Part shown: one piece after another, positions 43,071-59,893 of the stretch
Layout of the letters: the number at the start of each line of letters is the position of its first letter
How positions within the stretch are numbered: the stretch's first letter is position 1
Assembly (NCBI GenBank): GCA_963841735.1
Contig: CAWJDT010000007.1
Span: 24,499 to 88,498, forward strand
Source: an uncultured Actinomycetes bacterium
GTDB taxonomy: Bacteria; Actinomycetota; Thermoleophilia; RBG-16-64-13
Length of the DNA: 64,000 bases
Direction: 5' to 3'
The notes under the pieces: model-generated
Databases searched by the model: none
What the model saw: the letters and a program-made list of their open reading frames with translations, nothing else
What the model was told of the DNA's origin: nothing
Made by a program: the position numbers and the translations under genes

Positions 43071-44029
43071 CGCGGCGGCCTCATTCGCGACGGAGATGGC
43101 CATGGCCCACGTACCGGTCCTGACCGACGAACTGCTCGACTTGCTCGACGTGCGGGCTCGCAGCCGGGTGGTCGACTGCACCTTCGGCGGCGGCGGACAT
43201 GCCGGCGCTGTTGCGGGTCTGCTTGGCCCCGAAGGCGTGCTGGTGGCCTGTGATCAGGATCCCGTCGCGGAGGAGTACTACTTGGATATCAGGCCGACGC
43301 TGGCCTGCCGGTCGCGCTTCTTCTTGGGCAATTTCGCCGATACGCTGGCGGACCTAGGGGAGAAGGGCTTCGCGGCCACTCACATCTACATGGACCTCGG
43401 CCTGAGCAGCATGCAGATAGATACGCCCGAGCGCGGCTTCTCCTACAGCTACGACGCGCCTCTCGACATGCGCATGGACCCGTCGCTGTCGCTGACCGCG
43501 GCCGATATCGTCAACACCTGGCCGGAGAAGGCTCTGACCGGCCTGTTCGGCCGCTACGGCGAAGAACGCTTCTCCGGCCGCATCGCCCGAGCGATCACCA
43601 TGCGCAGGGCGAGCACGCCCTTGCACCCGCACGGCCGAATTGGTCGACACGATCAAGGGAGCCATTCCCACGCCCGCCCGTTTCGGCGCCGGCAACCCGG
43701 CCCGTCGGGTGTTCCAGGCGCTCCGCATCGAGGTCAACGACGAACTCGGCAGCCTGCAGAGCGCGCTGCCGCGGGCCTTCTCGCTGCTCGAACCGGGCGG
43801 GGTACTGGCCGTGATCAGCTTCCATTCGCTCGAAGATCGCATAGTCAAGGAGTTCTTCGCCGGCAAAGCCCGGTCGTGCACCTGCCCACCGGACTTCCCC
43901 GTCTGCGTGTGCGGAGTCAGGGCGTCCGGCGAGATCATGACCTCCAAGCCGGTCACCCCCGGCCTGCGTGAGTTGGAACTCAATCCCCGCTCTGGATCGG
44001 CGAAGTTGAGGGCACTCAGGAGGCTGTGA
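43063..44029 (+). CDS. rsmH: 16S rRNA m4C1402 methyltransferase; frameshift near 43620
   Basis: HVPVL, DCTFGGGGHA, DLGLSSMQID..ERGFSY, LDMRMD, FQALRIEVNDEL, SFHSLEDRIVK. Confidence 0.95.
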
Positions 44030-44569
44030 TGGCCGCCGGTTCGATGTCTGCCTGGATGGAGGCCTGGGAGGAGGATCTCACCCCTTCGGCCGCGGCAAGG
44101 CGTAGCGCACGGCGCGATCGACGCGAGTAGCCGCCCACAGCCAGGTCCAGCCGCTACTACGGCCGCGAAGCCACCGCTCGGTTGCCCGAGCCCGCGCCGC
44201 GAGGCCGAGCGTGCCGAAGTCGTGCCCGTGCTCAGAATCGCGACGCGGCGGCGGCCCCGGTGGGGGCTGGTGCTGGTGGTCTTGGCCTTTGCCCTGGTGT
44301 TTGTGGGCAGTTCTGTCATCGTTCCGGTGATGGTGAGCTCGGCCACGACCGAGGTGGAGACGGCGGTGGGCGGTGTGGAGGCCACGCAGAATGGACTGGC
44401 TGCGGATACTGCGTCACTCGCGGCTGAGATATCGGCTTTGTCCTCTCCTCAGAGGGTGGCCGAACAGGCCGCCCGGTTGGGAATGGTACCGGCGACCGAC
44501 GTCAGTTACGTGGCAGCCACGCCCGGGAGCCAGGACCCGGAAGGTGAAACTGAAGTAGCCGACCGGTGA
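44029..44569 (+). CDS. ftsL: Cell division protein FtsL-like; frameshifted N-terminus
   Basis: Position between rsmH and ftsI; TM segment, coiled coil, LSSPQRVAEQAARLGMV. Confidence 0.7.
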
Positions 44570-46287
44570 GCATGAGCCGTACGAACAAGCGTCTGGCGCT
44601 GTTCATGGGGCTGGCCGTGCTGTTCCTGGTGGCTCTGTTCGCCCGCACTTTCTACGTGCAGGTGATCGCAGCGCCCGCTCTGCAGGAGAGGGCGGTCGAC
44701 CAGAATACTCGGGTGGTGGAACTGAGCGCCGCCCGCGGTGTCATCTACGACCGCGATGGTCAGGCGTTGGCCATCTCCGAGAAGATGGCCACCATCTACG
44801 CCAATCCGTCCGCATATCGCAGACGCCGGAACCACCGCGGCCACACCTGGCTCCCGTGTCTGGGGCTCCCGGAGGAAGAGCTCTTGGAGAAGCTCACCAG
44901 GGATGTGTCGTTCTGCTACCTGGCACGCAAGATCGACCCGGCCGTGGGCGAGCGGGTGAAGGCGCTGGAGCTGGATGGCATCGGGGTGATCTCCGAAGAC
45001 AAGCGCGTCTATCCGAAAGGGGCTCTGGCCTCGCAACTGCTGGGCTTCGTGGGCGGAGATGATTACACGGGCATCGCTGGGCTGGAGCTGCAGTACGACG
45101 AACAACTCTCAGGCAAGCCGGGTGAAATGCAGGTGATCAGCGACCCCAAGTCGGGCAACCGCATCGCGATGGTGTCCCGGCAAGAGGCGCAACCGGGGCA
45201 GTCCATCACGCTGACCATCGACGAGCAGATCCAGTTCGAGACGGAGAGGGTACTCGCTTCGGTGGTGGAGGAGTTCCAGGCCAAGAAGGCCTTTGCGGTA
45301 GTCATCGATCCGTCGACCGGGGAGATACTGGCTATGGCCAACACTCCTATCTTCAACGCCAACGACTACGCCTCGGCTGCAATAGCCGAGGTTGATCGCC
45401 GGAACTCGGTGGTGACCGACCAATACGAGCCGGGGTCCACCTTCAAGATGGTGGTCACGGCCGCCGCGCTCGAAGCGGGACTGGTTGAGCCCGACACCGT
45501 CTTCTCGCTTGGCCCGGAGATCGCAGTGTACGACAGGGTGGTCCACGAGGCGCATGAGAACGTACCGGCGGTGCGGCGGCTCACTGTCACCCAGATCCTG
45601 GCGGAGTCGTCCAACGTGGGTGCGGTGACGCTTGGCTTGGAGGTGGGCAAGACCCGCCTGGTGGACATGATCGACAAGATGGGATTCACCGAGAAACTGG
45701 GTATCGACTACCCAGGTGAGGCCCCGGGCGAGATGCTGGCCGCCGCGAAGTGGTCGGGCACTACCATCGCCAACGTGCCCATCGGCCAGGGCATCGCTGC
45801 TTCTCCTCTGCAGCTCGCGGCGGCGTATGCGGCTGTCGCCAATGACGGGGTGCTGGTGCAACCTCATCTGGCGCGGGACCTCGTGGAGCCCTGGAGTCGC
45901 GACGTGGTCAGCCCGGCGGTGGCCGCACAGTTGCGGGAGATGCTCAAAGTGACCGTGGAAGACGGGACGGGCAGCCGGGCGGCGGTGGAAGGCTACGAGG
46001 TGGCCGGCAAGACAGGCACCGCGCAGAAGGTGAACGACGAGGGCGGCTATGCGGAAGACCGCTTCGTCGCTTCCTTCGTGGGCATGGTGCCGGCCGAGAA
46101 TCCGCAGTTGGTGATCCTGGTCATGGTGGACGAGCCTTCGACTGAGCATCTGGGCGCCTATGTGGCCGCACCGGCTTTCGCCAAGATCGCCAAGTTCGCA
46201 CTTCAGCGCCTGGGCATCGCGCCGACGAACGGCCGTGCTGAAGACTACGGCTCCGCAGGTGAAGCTGGCACCACGGCGGAGCACTAG
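44566..46287 (+). CDS. ftsI: Class B penicillin-binding protein FtsI
   Basis: RGVIYDRDG, RVYPKG, GLELQYD, EPGSTFK (SxxK), SSN, KTGTAQ. Confidence 0.95.
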   Translation: MSMSRTNKRLALFMGLAVLFLVALFARTFYVQVIAAPALQERAVDQNTRVVELSAARGVIYDRDGQALAISEKMATIYANPSAYRRRRNHRGHTWLPCLGLPEEELLEKLTRDVSFCYLARKIDPAVGERVKALELDGIGVISEDKRVYPKGALASQLLGFVGGDDYTGIAGLELQYDEQLSGKPGEMQVISDPKSGNRIAMVSRQEAQPGQSITLTIDEQIQFETERVLASVVEEFQAKKAFAVVIDPSTGEILAMANTPIFNANDYASAAIAEVDRRNSVVTDQYEPGSTFKMVVTAAALEAGLVEPDTVFSLGPEIAVYDRVVHEAHENVPAVRRLTVTQILAESSNVGAVTLGLEVGKTRLVDMIDKMGFTEKLGIDYPGEAPGEMLAAAKWSGTTIANVPIGQGIAASPLQLAAAYAAVANDGVLVQPHLARDLVEPWSRDVVSPAVAAQLREMLKVTVEDGTGSRAAVEGYEVAGKTGTAQKVNDEGGYAEDRFVASFVGMVPAENPQLVILVMVDEPSTEHLGAYVAAPAFAKIAKFALQRLGIAPTNGRAEDYGSAGEAGTTAEH

Positions 46288-46396
46288 AAGGTCTTCGGCA
46301 GGGACTCGCGGCGCGCAGGGCGCGCACGGTCGCGCGGTAGTCAGACAGTACGGTGTCTCAGGCTTGGAGGCTTCGCTGGTGATAGAATCCTTCGCC

Positions 46397-47969
46397 GTGA
46401 GACTCAGTCAACTCTTCGCCGGCGTCGATGGCTGGCGCCTGGCAGGCGCGGCCGATGTGGACATAGCGTCGCTCAGCTTTCGGAGCGACGAGTCCGGCAC
46501 CCGACAGCCTTTTCTTTTGCGTCCCCGGTTTCAAGAGCGACGGCCATGACTTCGCTGCCGACGCGGTCGCGCACGGAGCAGCGGCTCTCTGCGTAGAGCG
46601 TGAACTCGATCTGCCCGTGGCCCAGGCGGTGGTACCGTCGGTGCGCAGGGCTATGGGACCGGTGGCGGCGGCGTTCTTCGGTCATCCCGGGCGACCGGCT
46701 TCTTGACGGTGGGCATCACGGGCACCAACGGCAAGACCACCTCAGCCTTCCTGATCGCCCATCTGCTTGATCGCGCCGGTCTGCGGGCCGGGCTCATGGG
46801 CACCGTGGAGCGCCGGATAGGGGGCAAGACTCTTCCGGCCGGGCGCACCACTCCCGAAGCTGTGGATGTCCAGCGGGACTTCGCCGAGATGGTCGAGGCG
46901 GGCGACAAGGCGGTGGTGATGGAGGTCTCGTCTCACGCGCTCGACCTGGGGCGAGTGCTGGGTACCCGCTACAGGGCGGTCGCCTTCACCAATCTGACGC
47001 CAGGACCACCTGGACTATCACAAGACCATCGAGGACTACTACGCGGCCAAGTGCCTGCTGTTCCTCGATCCCCAGTACAGGGCCGAGATCCGCAATACGC
47101 GGTCATCAACGTGGACGATCCGTTCGGGCGCGAACTGGCGGCGAAGTATCCCCGGGAACGGCTGCTTGGCTTCTCCACGACGGGTGCGGCCGGAGACTGG
47201 GGGCCGGCGGACCTGGAATGGAGTGACTACGAGATCAGGCCGGGCGGCACGCGCGGCACCATGGTGCTGCGGGGCACTGCTCTGGCTGTTGGCCAGGGCG
47301 GCATCGGGCGGCCGGCGGTGCGGACGCCGCCGGGGCAGGCGAGGCGCGCATCGAAGTGGCCACGCCCCTGGTGGGTGGATTCAACGTGGCCAACACTCTG
47401 ACGGCCTTGGGCGTCGGCTTGGCCCTCGGTCTTGACCTGGAGCGGGCACCGTCGAGGCGCTGGGCGATTTCCGGGGTGTCCCCGGGCAGGATGGAGCCGG
47501 TGGACGCGGGTCAAGACTTCACCGTGCTGGTGGACTACGCTCATACCCCCGATTCGGTGAGGAACGCGTTGCGCACGGCCCGGGGTTTCACGCAGGGGAA
47601 GACTCATCGCGGTCAGTCGGATGTGGAGGCGACCGCGACAAGGGCAAGCGGCCGCTCATGGGCCGGGAGGCCGAAGAGGCCGCCGACCTGGTGATTGTCA
47701 CCTCAGACAATCCGCGCACGGAGGAGCCTGCTCGCCATCATCGCCGAGATCGTCGCGGGGCTTGTCGGCTCCTGAGCGCGCCAAGGTGCAGCCCGATCGA
47801 CGTCTCGCCATCCGAATGGCCATGGCCGAGGCTCGGGTCGGCGATGTGGTGCTGATCTTGGGCAAGGGTCACGAATCGGGGCAGGAGTTCGCCACCGAGA
47901 CGCTGCCGTTTCGACGACCGGCAGGTGGCACGTGAGGCGCTGCTCGCGCAGGGCTGGGAGTCGCGATGA
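46397..47969 (+). CDS. murE: UDP-MurNAc-tripeptide synthetase MurE; many frameshifts
   Basis: [51 protein letters not shown]; TAGAAT -10 lies 8 nt upstream of GTG. Confidence 0.92.
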
Positions 47970-49404
47970 TAGCTCTCGATGCTGAGCGCGCCGGAGCGGC
48001 GCTGGGTTTGGTGCCTCTGGCCGGCCCGGTGCCGGGGGTGAGCATCGACACGCGGTCGCTTCGTCCGGGCGATCTCTTCGTGGCACTGCGAGGCGAGCGC
48101 TTCGACGGGCACGACTTCGTGGAAGCGGCGTTTGCGGCAGGGGCGTGTGGGGCCGTGGTGGAGCGAGGAGGCATGGGCTCAGCGGAGCCGATGGGGGAGG
48201 GGTCAGCTGGTCACCTCTACCAGGTGCCCGACACGCTTGCGGCTCTGGGTGCTTTGGCTCGGGAAGTGCGCCGGATCTCCGGGGTCACCGTGTTCGCCGT
48301 CACAGGCAGCGTCGGCAAGACCAGTACCAAGGACCTTCTGCAGGCTATGGTGGGGCGCGTGCGCCGGGTGGTGGCCACGGCCGGCAATCAGAACAACGAA
48401 GTGGGGGTGCCGCTGACCCTGCTCTCCATCGAGCCGGAGACCGAGGCGGTAGTCGTGGAGATGGGCATGCGTGGGCGCGGCCAGATCGCCGACCTTGCCC
48501 GGGTGGCCGAGCCCGATGTGGGCCTCATCACCAACGTGCATCCAGTTCACCTCGAGCTTCTGGGCACACTGGAGGGTATAGCTGAAGCCAAGGCTGAGCT
48601 TGTCGGAGGCGTCAGATCGGGAGGGACTGCGGTGGTGCCTGCGGATTGTGCGCTTTTGCGGCCGTTTGTGGCAGAGCGGCCTGTCGGGTGGTGCGTTTCG
48701 GGGTCGGATGACAGCCGATGTGAGGCTGAGGTCCACGGCTGGCTTGAGTGGCCGGAGGGGAGCCGGTAGGCGCTGTCTTTGTGCTGCGCTGGCCCGAGGG
48801 TGAAGCTCGGATAGAGACTGCGCCTATGCCCATGCATCAGGTCGAGAACGCTGTGGCGGCGGCCGCCGCCTGCTATGCGGCGGGGCTCCCGGTGGCGGAG
48901 TGCGTGGCGGGGATCGACGACGTGCGTTTCTCGGCGGGGCGGGGTGACGTCGTCGAGGGGCAGGGTCTCTGTATCGTCAACGACACCTACAACGCGAACC
49001 CGACTGCTGTGCGGGCGGCGCTGGACGATCTGATGCGACTGGCGACCGGGCGCGACGGCCGGCCGGTGGCCGTCCTGGGCGACATGCTCGAACTGGGACC
49101 GGAGGAGGCGCGCTACCACGAAGAGGTGGGGGCCTATGCCGCGGCTGTGGGGGTGAGGGCGCTTTGGGGTGTGGGCCCGCTGGCGCGGGCGACGGTGGAG
49201 GGCTATCGCCGGGAGATGCTGGCGCGGACGAGACCCGAGGTGGATTGGTATGCAGGACATGTGGAGTCAAGCGAAGAAAGCTCTTCGGTGTCCGCCGGGC
49301 TGCGCTGGGGCGACGTGGTGCTGTTCAAAGCCTCTCGCAGCCTGCGTCTGGAGATGATGGTGAAGGCGATAGTCGAGGAAGCTGGGAGGCGCGGCGGTGC
49401 TTAA
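47966..49404 (+). CDS. murF: UDP-MurNAc-pentapeptide synthetase MurF; frameshifted
   Basis: IDTRSL, GERFDGHDF, TGSVGKTSTK, NNEVGVP, EMGM, NDTYNANP, LGDMLELG, KASR. Confidence 0.93.
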
Positions 49405-50378
49405 GTTGATGGGGGCCTCGCTCGTGGCTCTTGTCGTCGGCATGGCAGCGGGCCCACAATTCATCCGCTGGCTACAACGGCGGGGCATTGGGCAGAACAT
49501 TCGTGAGTGCGGTCCCGAGGGTCATACGGCCAAGCAGGGCACCCCCACCATGGGTGGGGTGCTCATCCTTGTCTCGGCTCTGATCCCCTATCTGATCTGG
49601 GGGACTAAGTCGGTGGTGAGCATGATGGTCGTGATCCTGACCCTCGGCTCCGGGTTGATCGGCTTTGCCGACGACTTCATCAGCCAGTGGCGAAAGCGAT
49701 CTCTGGGCCTCAGTCCCCGCACAAAACTCCTGCTGCAGATCCCTCTGGTCGGAGGGGCCGTCTTCCTCGGGCTGCAGTACGGGGGCGTCAATTCGGAGTT
49801 GGCCTTGCCCTTCATCCGCGATGGCTTCGACATCGGGTGGGTGTACTACCCATTCGCCTTCCTTCTTATCTCTGGATTCTCGAACGCGGTGAACCTCACC
49901 GACGGGCTGGACGGCCTGGCGGCCGGTACCGTGGCGGTGGCTTTCTTCGGATACGCCGGAATCGCCTTCCTCCAAGGGGAGACCGATCTGGCTATGCTCG
50001 CGGGGTGCCTGACGGGAGCCTCGGTCGGGTTCCTTTGGTACAACACGCACCCGGCCACCGTGTTCATGGGCGATACGGGGTCTCTGGCGCTGGGAGCCGG
50101 CTTGGCCGGCATGGCAATAGCCACGAATATGGAAATGCTGCTGCTGCTTATGGGCGGGTTGTTCGTTGTCGAGGCCCTGAGTGTCATCATCCAGGTGTTC
50201 AGCTTCCGCGTGTTTCACAAGCGGGTGTTCCTGATGGCCCCTGTCCATCACCACTTCGAACTGAAGGGTTGGTCGGAGACCAAGATCATCGTTCGTTTCT
50301 GGATTATCTGCCGCCATTCTGGCGGGAGCCGGTTTCGCCCTGTACTACTTGAGCAACGCGCGATTTCCCGCGGGCTAA
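49397..50378 (+). CDS. mraY: Phospho-MurNAc-pentapeptide transferase; frameshift near 50310
   Basis: KQGTPTMGG, GFADD, NAVNLTDGLDGL, FMGDTGSLALG, FLMAPVHHHFEL. Confidence 0.95.
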
Positions 50379-50453
50379 GGGCTGCAGGCGGGCAAGGCCC
50401 GCGCCGGAGCGGAGTGCAGGAATGGCCGGTAGCACGCCGTATGTCAGAGATAC

Positions 50454-51745
50454 ATGGATCCTGCAGTCGCCCATCGACCTCACCCCCGGTCGGAGTCCAA
50501 GCTCCCCGAGGCACCCCCGCGGCGTCAGCGGCGGGTCACGGTGACGCTGCGCGATGCCGCGCCGGTGTCCTTTCACCTCATTTGGATAGCGCCGCTACTG
50601 CTGCTCACGGCAGGCATTTGCACCGTGCTTTCGGTGTCGCTGGCGAACACGGTAAACGGCGGCGACAAGTACGAATGGGTGCGTCCCCAGGGGATCACCG
50701 CTCTGATGGGGCTGGTGCTCTTGGTCCTGCTGTCGCGGGTGGACTACCAGAAGCTGCGGGTACCGTCGTTGTTTCTCTTGGCGGTCGCCATCACGTCTCT
50801 TATCGCCGTGCACATCCCGGGAGTGGGCCAGAGTGAAGGTGGTGCCTCCAGTTGGATCCAGGTGGGACCCATCACCTACCAGCCGTCGGAGTTCGCCAAG
50901 CTGGCCCTTGTCGTGGGGGGTGCGCATCTGCTCTCGAGTCCTTGGGTAAGGAGCGGGCGATTCCGTAGCTACATCTTGCCCTTCGGCATTGTGGGCGTCG
51001 CTCATGTGCGCACTTGTCATGTGGGAGAACGACCTTGGGACTTCTATCATCCTTGTGGGGCTCATGTTGGGTCTGTTCTGGCTGGCGGGGATGAAGGCCT
51101 GGCAGTGGCTGGCTGTGACGGGAGCCGGCTTGGCCGCGGCAGCGGGCATCATTCTCAGCAGCGGGGAACGTATGAGCCGCATTTTGGCCGTCGTCGATCC
51201 TGCCGACGATCGCCCAGGGGTCGAGCTATCAACTCTGGCAGTCCCTGGTGGCTCTGGGCCGGGGAGGCTGGTTCGGGGTGGGTCCAGGAGGGAGCGTGCA
51301 GAAGTTCGCCTATCTGCCGGAGGCTCACAACGACATGATCTACGCGATCTTTGGGGAAGAGTTCGGTTTTCTTGGAGCGGGGCTGATCATCGTGCTCTTT
51401 GCCGTCTTTGCCATGGCATGCTGGCATCTGGCCAGGCGTTGTTCCGATAAGATGGGCAAGTACCTGATCGCCGGATGTGGCATGCTTGTCACGCTTCAAG
51501 CTGTCATCAATATCGGCGGCGTGAACGGAGCCCTTCCTCTGACCGGGGTGCCGCTGCCTTTCGTAAGCTACGGTCGCAACAGCCTGCTGGTCATGTTGAT
51601 GGCTGTTGGATTGATCTTGGCGGTCGCAAGGCGCGCGCCGGCTTTGTCGGCTCCTTCGCCAGCAACGAGGTGTGAGAATGTCACGAGTATTGATCGCCGG
51701 CGGCGGGACGGCGGGCCACGTAGTGCCCGCGTTGGCGCTGGCTGA
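50454..51745 (+). CDS. ftsW: SEDS peptidoglycan polymerase FtsW; frameshifted
   Basis: [53 protein letters not shown]. Confidence 0.92.
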
Positions 51746-52769
51746 TGTCCTTTCGGAGCGGGGCTACGAAATAGCGTTCTGCGGCACCGAGACGGGGCAT
51801 GGAGAACGTGCTGGTTCCGCGTGCGGGCTACCCCTTCTCGGTCGTGCGCATACGCGGGTTCGAGCGCTGCGCTTGGAGTGTCCACCCTGAAGACCATCGG
51901 CTCTCTCCCGCTTGCGGCGAGGGACGCGTGGAGGGTGCTGCGGTCGTTCCGTCCTGACTGTGTGGTCGGGGTGGGGGCATACGCCTCGGGACCGGTGGTG
52001 GCCGAAGCGGCCGTGCGGGGCATCCCCACGGTGGCGGTGGAGATGGACGCGCACATGGGCTGGACAAACCGCATCCTCAGCTTGATGGTGGACAAGGTGT
52101 GTGTCTCGTTCCCGGTGGCCGAGGGGTCCGGAGACAAGTACGTCTACACCGGGAGGCCTCTGCGGCCTGCTCTGCTGACGGCCACGCGTGCGCAGGGGCT
52201 CGCCCGGTTTGGGCTGGACCCTGATCGCCCGGTGCTGCTGATCTTCGGGGGCAGCCTGGGCGCACATGCCATCAACGAAGTGGTCGTGGAGGCTTTGCGG
52301 GCGCCAGGACGGCGTTCCAGGTGGTGCACGTCACCGGGGAGCGGGACTACCCAGCAGTGAGCGAAGCGCTCAGTCGCCCGGGGGCCAATCCGGACTATCA
52401 GGTCCACGCGTTCCTGGACGATTTTCCTCTGGCTTTGGCGGCCGCCGATGTCGTGGTGGCTCGGGCCGGCGGTTCGGTGGCCGAGATCCTGGCCCGGGGT
52501 GTCCCGTCGCTGCTCGTGCCCGTATCCGTACGCGGCGGGAGATCACCAGGCCAAGAACGCGCAGAGCGTGGCCGCCGCCGGCGCGGCTTTGACCATTGCC
52601 AACGCTGACCTCGATGTCACGAAGCTCGTGCAGGCGGTGAACACTCTGTTGGATCCGGAAGTGAATGCTCGCATGCGGGCGGCCGCCCTGTCTCTGGCGA
52701 AGCCGGACGCGGCTGTCCGCATCGCCGACGTAGTAGTAGAATTGACGACCCGGCGTTCCGGGGGACACC

Positions 52770-52777
<8 letters not shown>
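51672..52777 (+). CDS. murG: Lipid II GlcNAc transferase MurG; frameshifted
   Basis: [34 protein letters not shown]. Confidence 0.92.
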
Positions 52778-57081
<4,304 letters not shown>

Positions 57082-57433
57082 ATTTTAATGATAAATGGAA
57101 TTTAAGAAATAGCATCGATTGTTATGGAAACACGGGATAAGAAACGCGGGTCTTTCCGCGGATAAACCAAGCACATATTTCACACTCCCGAAAACCGATG
57201 CAATATTAAAAAAAAATACTTATAATACTTATGTTAAAAATTGTTAAAATGCAACGGATGTTTGCAAATCAATAAAAGATCTGAATTTCAGAATATGAAA
57301 TAGCGTTGCAATATAATGGTTTTATTTTATAAAATCAAAAAAATTTAGGTATTCATGTTGGGAGACCGCTTTTTTTTATTAAAATTGTGACAGTTACGAA
57401 AGATTTCTTTAAGTCTAACTAAGCTGCAGGGAT

Positions 57434-58297
57434 ATGCGTCAGCTGAAGATAACAAAACAGGTTACAAATCGCGACACTCCCTCTCTTGATAAATACCTGC
57501 AGGAGATTGGACGAGTGGAACTGATATCTCCTGAAGATGAAGTTTTTCTGGCAAGGAAAATTAAATCCGGAGATAACGAGGCACTGAAAAAGCTCGTTAA
57601 GGCAAATCTCAGGTTTGTCGTTTCTGTGGCGAAGCAGTATCAGAACCAGGGCATCACCCTCCCTGATCTTATTAATGAAGGTAACCTGGGCCTGATGAAA
57701 GCGGCTCAGCGTTTTGATGAAACTAGAGGTTTTAAATTTATCTCCTATGCCGTGTGGTGGATCCGGCAGGCAATTTTACAGGCACTTGCAGAACAATCAC
57801 GGATTGTAAGGTTGCCTGTCAACAAGATTGGTTCAATAAACCGTATAAACAGAGCCTTTGCACGCCTCGAACAAACTTATGAGCGCGAGCCGTCATCTCA
57901 GGAAATTGCAGATATGCTTGAGATGATACCTGAAGATGTTAAGGAAGCCCTGAAGACCAATGGCCGTACTGTAAGTATGGATGCCCCGATCAGCTCTGAG
58001 GAAGACAATACAATGTATGATGTAATCCCCAGCAATGATGCTCCAAGCCCTGACAAAAACCTTATAAATGAATCGCTGGCCTATGAGATTGAACGTGCTT
58101 TATGTACACTGTCGCCACGCGAAGCAAAAGTACTTAAACTATATTTTGGGCTTGGAATGAAACATCCATATACGCTTGAGGAGATAGGAGAAGAGCTTAG
58201 CCTGACCCGGGAGCGGGTAAGACAGATTAAGGAAAAAGCTATAAAGCGAATACAGTTCACAACCCGTTGCCGGATACTGAAGACATATCTGGGCTAA
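57434..58297 (+). CDS. rpoD: Bacteroidota-type RpoD/SigA-family sigma factor (no region 1.1)
   Basis: [57 protein letters not shown]. Confidence 0.92.
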   Translation: MRQLKITKQVTNRDTPSLDKYLQEIGRVELISPEDEVFLARKIKSGDNEALKKLVKANLRFVVSVAKQYQNQGITLPDLINEGNLGLMKAAQRFDETRGFKFISYAVWWIRQAILQALAEQSRIVRLPVNKIGSINRINRAFARLEQTYEREPSSQEIADMLEMIPEDVKEALKTNGRTVSMDAPISSEEDNTMYDVIPSNDAPSPDKNLINESLAYEIERALCTLSPREAKVLKLYFGLGMKHPYTLEEIGEELSLTRERVRQIKEKAIKRIQFTTRCRILKTYLG

Positions 58298-58321
58298 AAT
58301 CAGTTCAAATAAAATTCTCAA

Positions 58322-58975
58322 ATGGATCACCTTGTTTCTCCTTCACTTCTTGCCGCCGATTTTGGTAACCTTGAAAAAGATATCACGATGGTAAATAAAA
58401 GTCAGGCTGACTGGCTGCATCTTGATATTATGGATGGAGTGTTTGTTCCAAACATTTCATTTGGATTTCCGGTTCTGGAATATGTAAAAAAGCTGTCAGA
58501 AAAGCCTCTTGATGTGCATCTTATGATAATTGATCCCGATCGTTATCTTACCCGGTTCAGGGATGCAGGTGCATCTGTCCTTACCGTACAGTATGAGGCG
58601 TGCACACATCTTCAAAGAACTGTTACCGAAATAAAGGAGCTTGGAATGAAAGCCGGTGTTGCCTTAAATCCGCATACCCCTGTCTCTTTTCTGAAAAATA
58701 CTCTCAGATATATTGATCTGGTACTTATTATGACTGTGAATCCGGGTTTTGGAGGGCAGAAGTTTATATTGGAAAGCTATAGTAAGATTGAGGAGATAAG
58801 AGAAATGATTGACTCTGGAGGATATGAAATTCTTGTTCAGGTAGACGGTGGAATTGATACAACCAATGCTTCCAAACTAATAAAAACAGGGGTTAATGTG
58901 CTTGTGGCAGGTAACTCTGTATTCAGCTCATCTGATCCTGAAGCTACTATTCAAAGGTTAAAGTCCCTGACCTGA
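58322..58975 (+). CDS. rpe: Ribulose-phosphate 3-epimerase
   Basis: SPSLLAADF, HLDIMDGVFVPN, DVHLMI, MTVNPGFGGQ, VDGG. Confidence 0.96.
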   Translation: MDHLVSPSLLAADFGNLEKDITMVNKSQADWLHLDIMDGVFVPNISFGFPVLEYVKKLSEKPLDVHLMIIDPDRYLTRFRDAGASVLTVQYEACTHLQRTVTEIKELGMKAGVALNPHTPVSFLKNTLRYIDLVLIMTVNPGFGGQKFILESYSKIEEIREMIDSGGYEILVQVDGGIDTTNASKLIKTGVNVLVAGNSVFSSSDPEATIQRLKSLT

Positions 58976-59872
58976 AACTGCTGCCTCGGCAAATCTTTGG
59001 ATATCAGTCTTATTTTCTGCCTCAAACCAGTGTATCTCATCGTCTTTTGCCCACCATGTCATTTGTCTTTTTGCATATCTGCGGCTATTTCTTTTTATCA
59101 GATCAATAGCATTCTCCTTTGTAATTTTACCTTCAAAAAAGTCAAAGAATTCTCTGTAACCAACAGTATTCAGGGCATTGAGGTTCCTGTACCTGTAAAG
59201 ATCTCTGGCTTCATGTTCAAGACCTGCTGAAATCATACTGTCAACTCTGTCGTTTATCCTTTTATACAGCTCTTCTCTCTCTCTCCTGAGTCCGATTTTG
59301 ACAATGCGGAATTCTCTTTTCCTTTTCTTCCTCAGAAGAAATGATGAATATGGCCTTCCGGTCGAGTCACATATTTCAAGAGCCCGGATAATTCGTTTGT
59401 GATTTTTTAGGTCCACCTTGTTAAAATGCTCAGGATCAAGCAGTCTGAGTGCTCTTCTAAGACCTTCTATCCCTGATTCAAGGTACATGGCATTATACTT
59501 ATTTCGTATATCCTGTTCAACATCAGGAATATCGTCTGTCCCATGACAGACAGCATCGATATACATACCTGAACCACCAGCCATTATTACGATGTTTCTC
59601 TTAGAGAAAAGATCAGAAAGCAGTTTCATTACATCTCTCTCATACAGGCTTGAACTGTAATATGAATCAACAGATAAATGGCTGATAAAATGATGACTGA
59701 CAGATCTAAGCTGTTCATCAGAAGGGACAGCAGTGCCGATCTTCAGTTCCCTGTAGAATTGCCTTGAATCGGCTGAGATAATGTCACACCTGAGACTCTG
59801 GGCCAGATCAACAGCAATATCTGTTTTACCGACACCTGTGGGTCCAAGCAATACTATGAGATTGTTTGTCAT
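58958..59872 (-). CDS. miaA: tRNA dimethylallyltransferase
   Basis: GPTGVGKT, SADSRQFY..L.IGTA, GGSGMY, VGYRE, YAKRQMTW. Confidence 0.96.
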   Translation of the reverse strand: MTNNLIVLLGPTGVGKTDIAVDLAQSLRCDIISADSRQFYRELKIGTAVPSDEQLRSVSHHFISHLSVDSYYSSSLYERDVMKLLSDLFSKRNIVIMAGGSGMYIDAVCHGTDDIPDVEQDIRNKYNAMYLESGIEGLRRALRLLDPEHFNKVDLKNHKRIIRALEICDSTGRPYSSFLLRKKRKREFRIVKIGLRREREELYKRINDRVDSMISAGLEHEARDLYRYRNLNALNTVGYREFFDFFEGKITKENAIDLIKRNSRRYAKRQMTWWAKDDEIHWFEAENKTDIQRFAEAAVSGQGL

Positions 59873-59893
59873 TGGAATATTATCCGGACCGGA

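Noticed and set aside
44128-44130. In-frame TAG in ftsL as possible pyrrolysine or stop readthrough
   Set aside because: Surrounded by other frameshifts, TAG is a normal stop for many genes here, and no pyl genes are in the window
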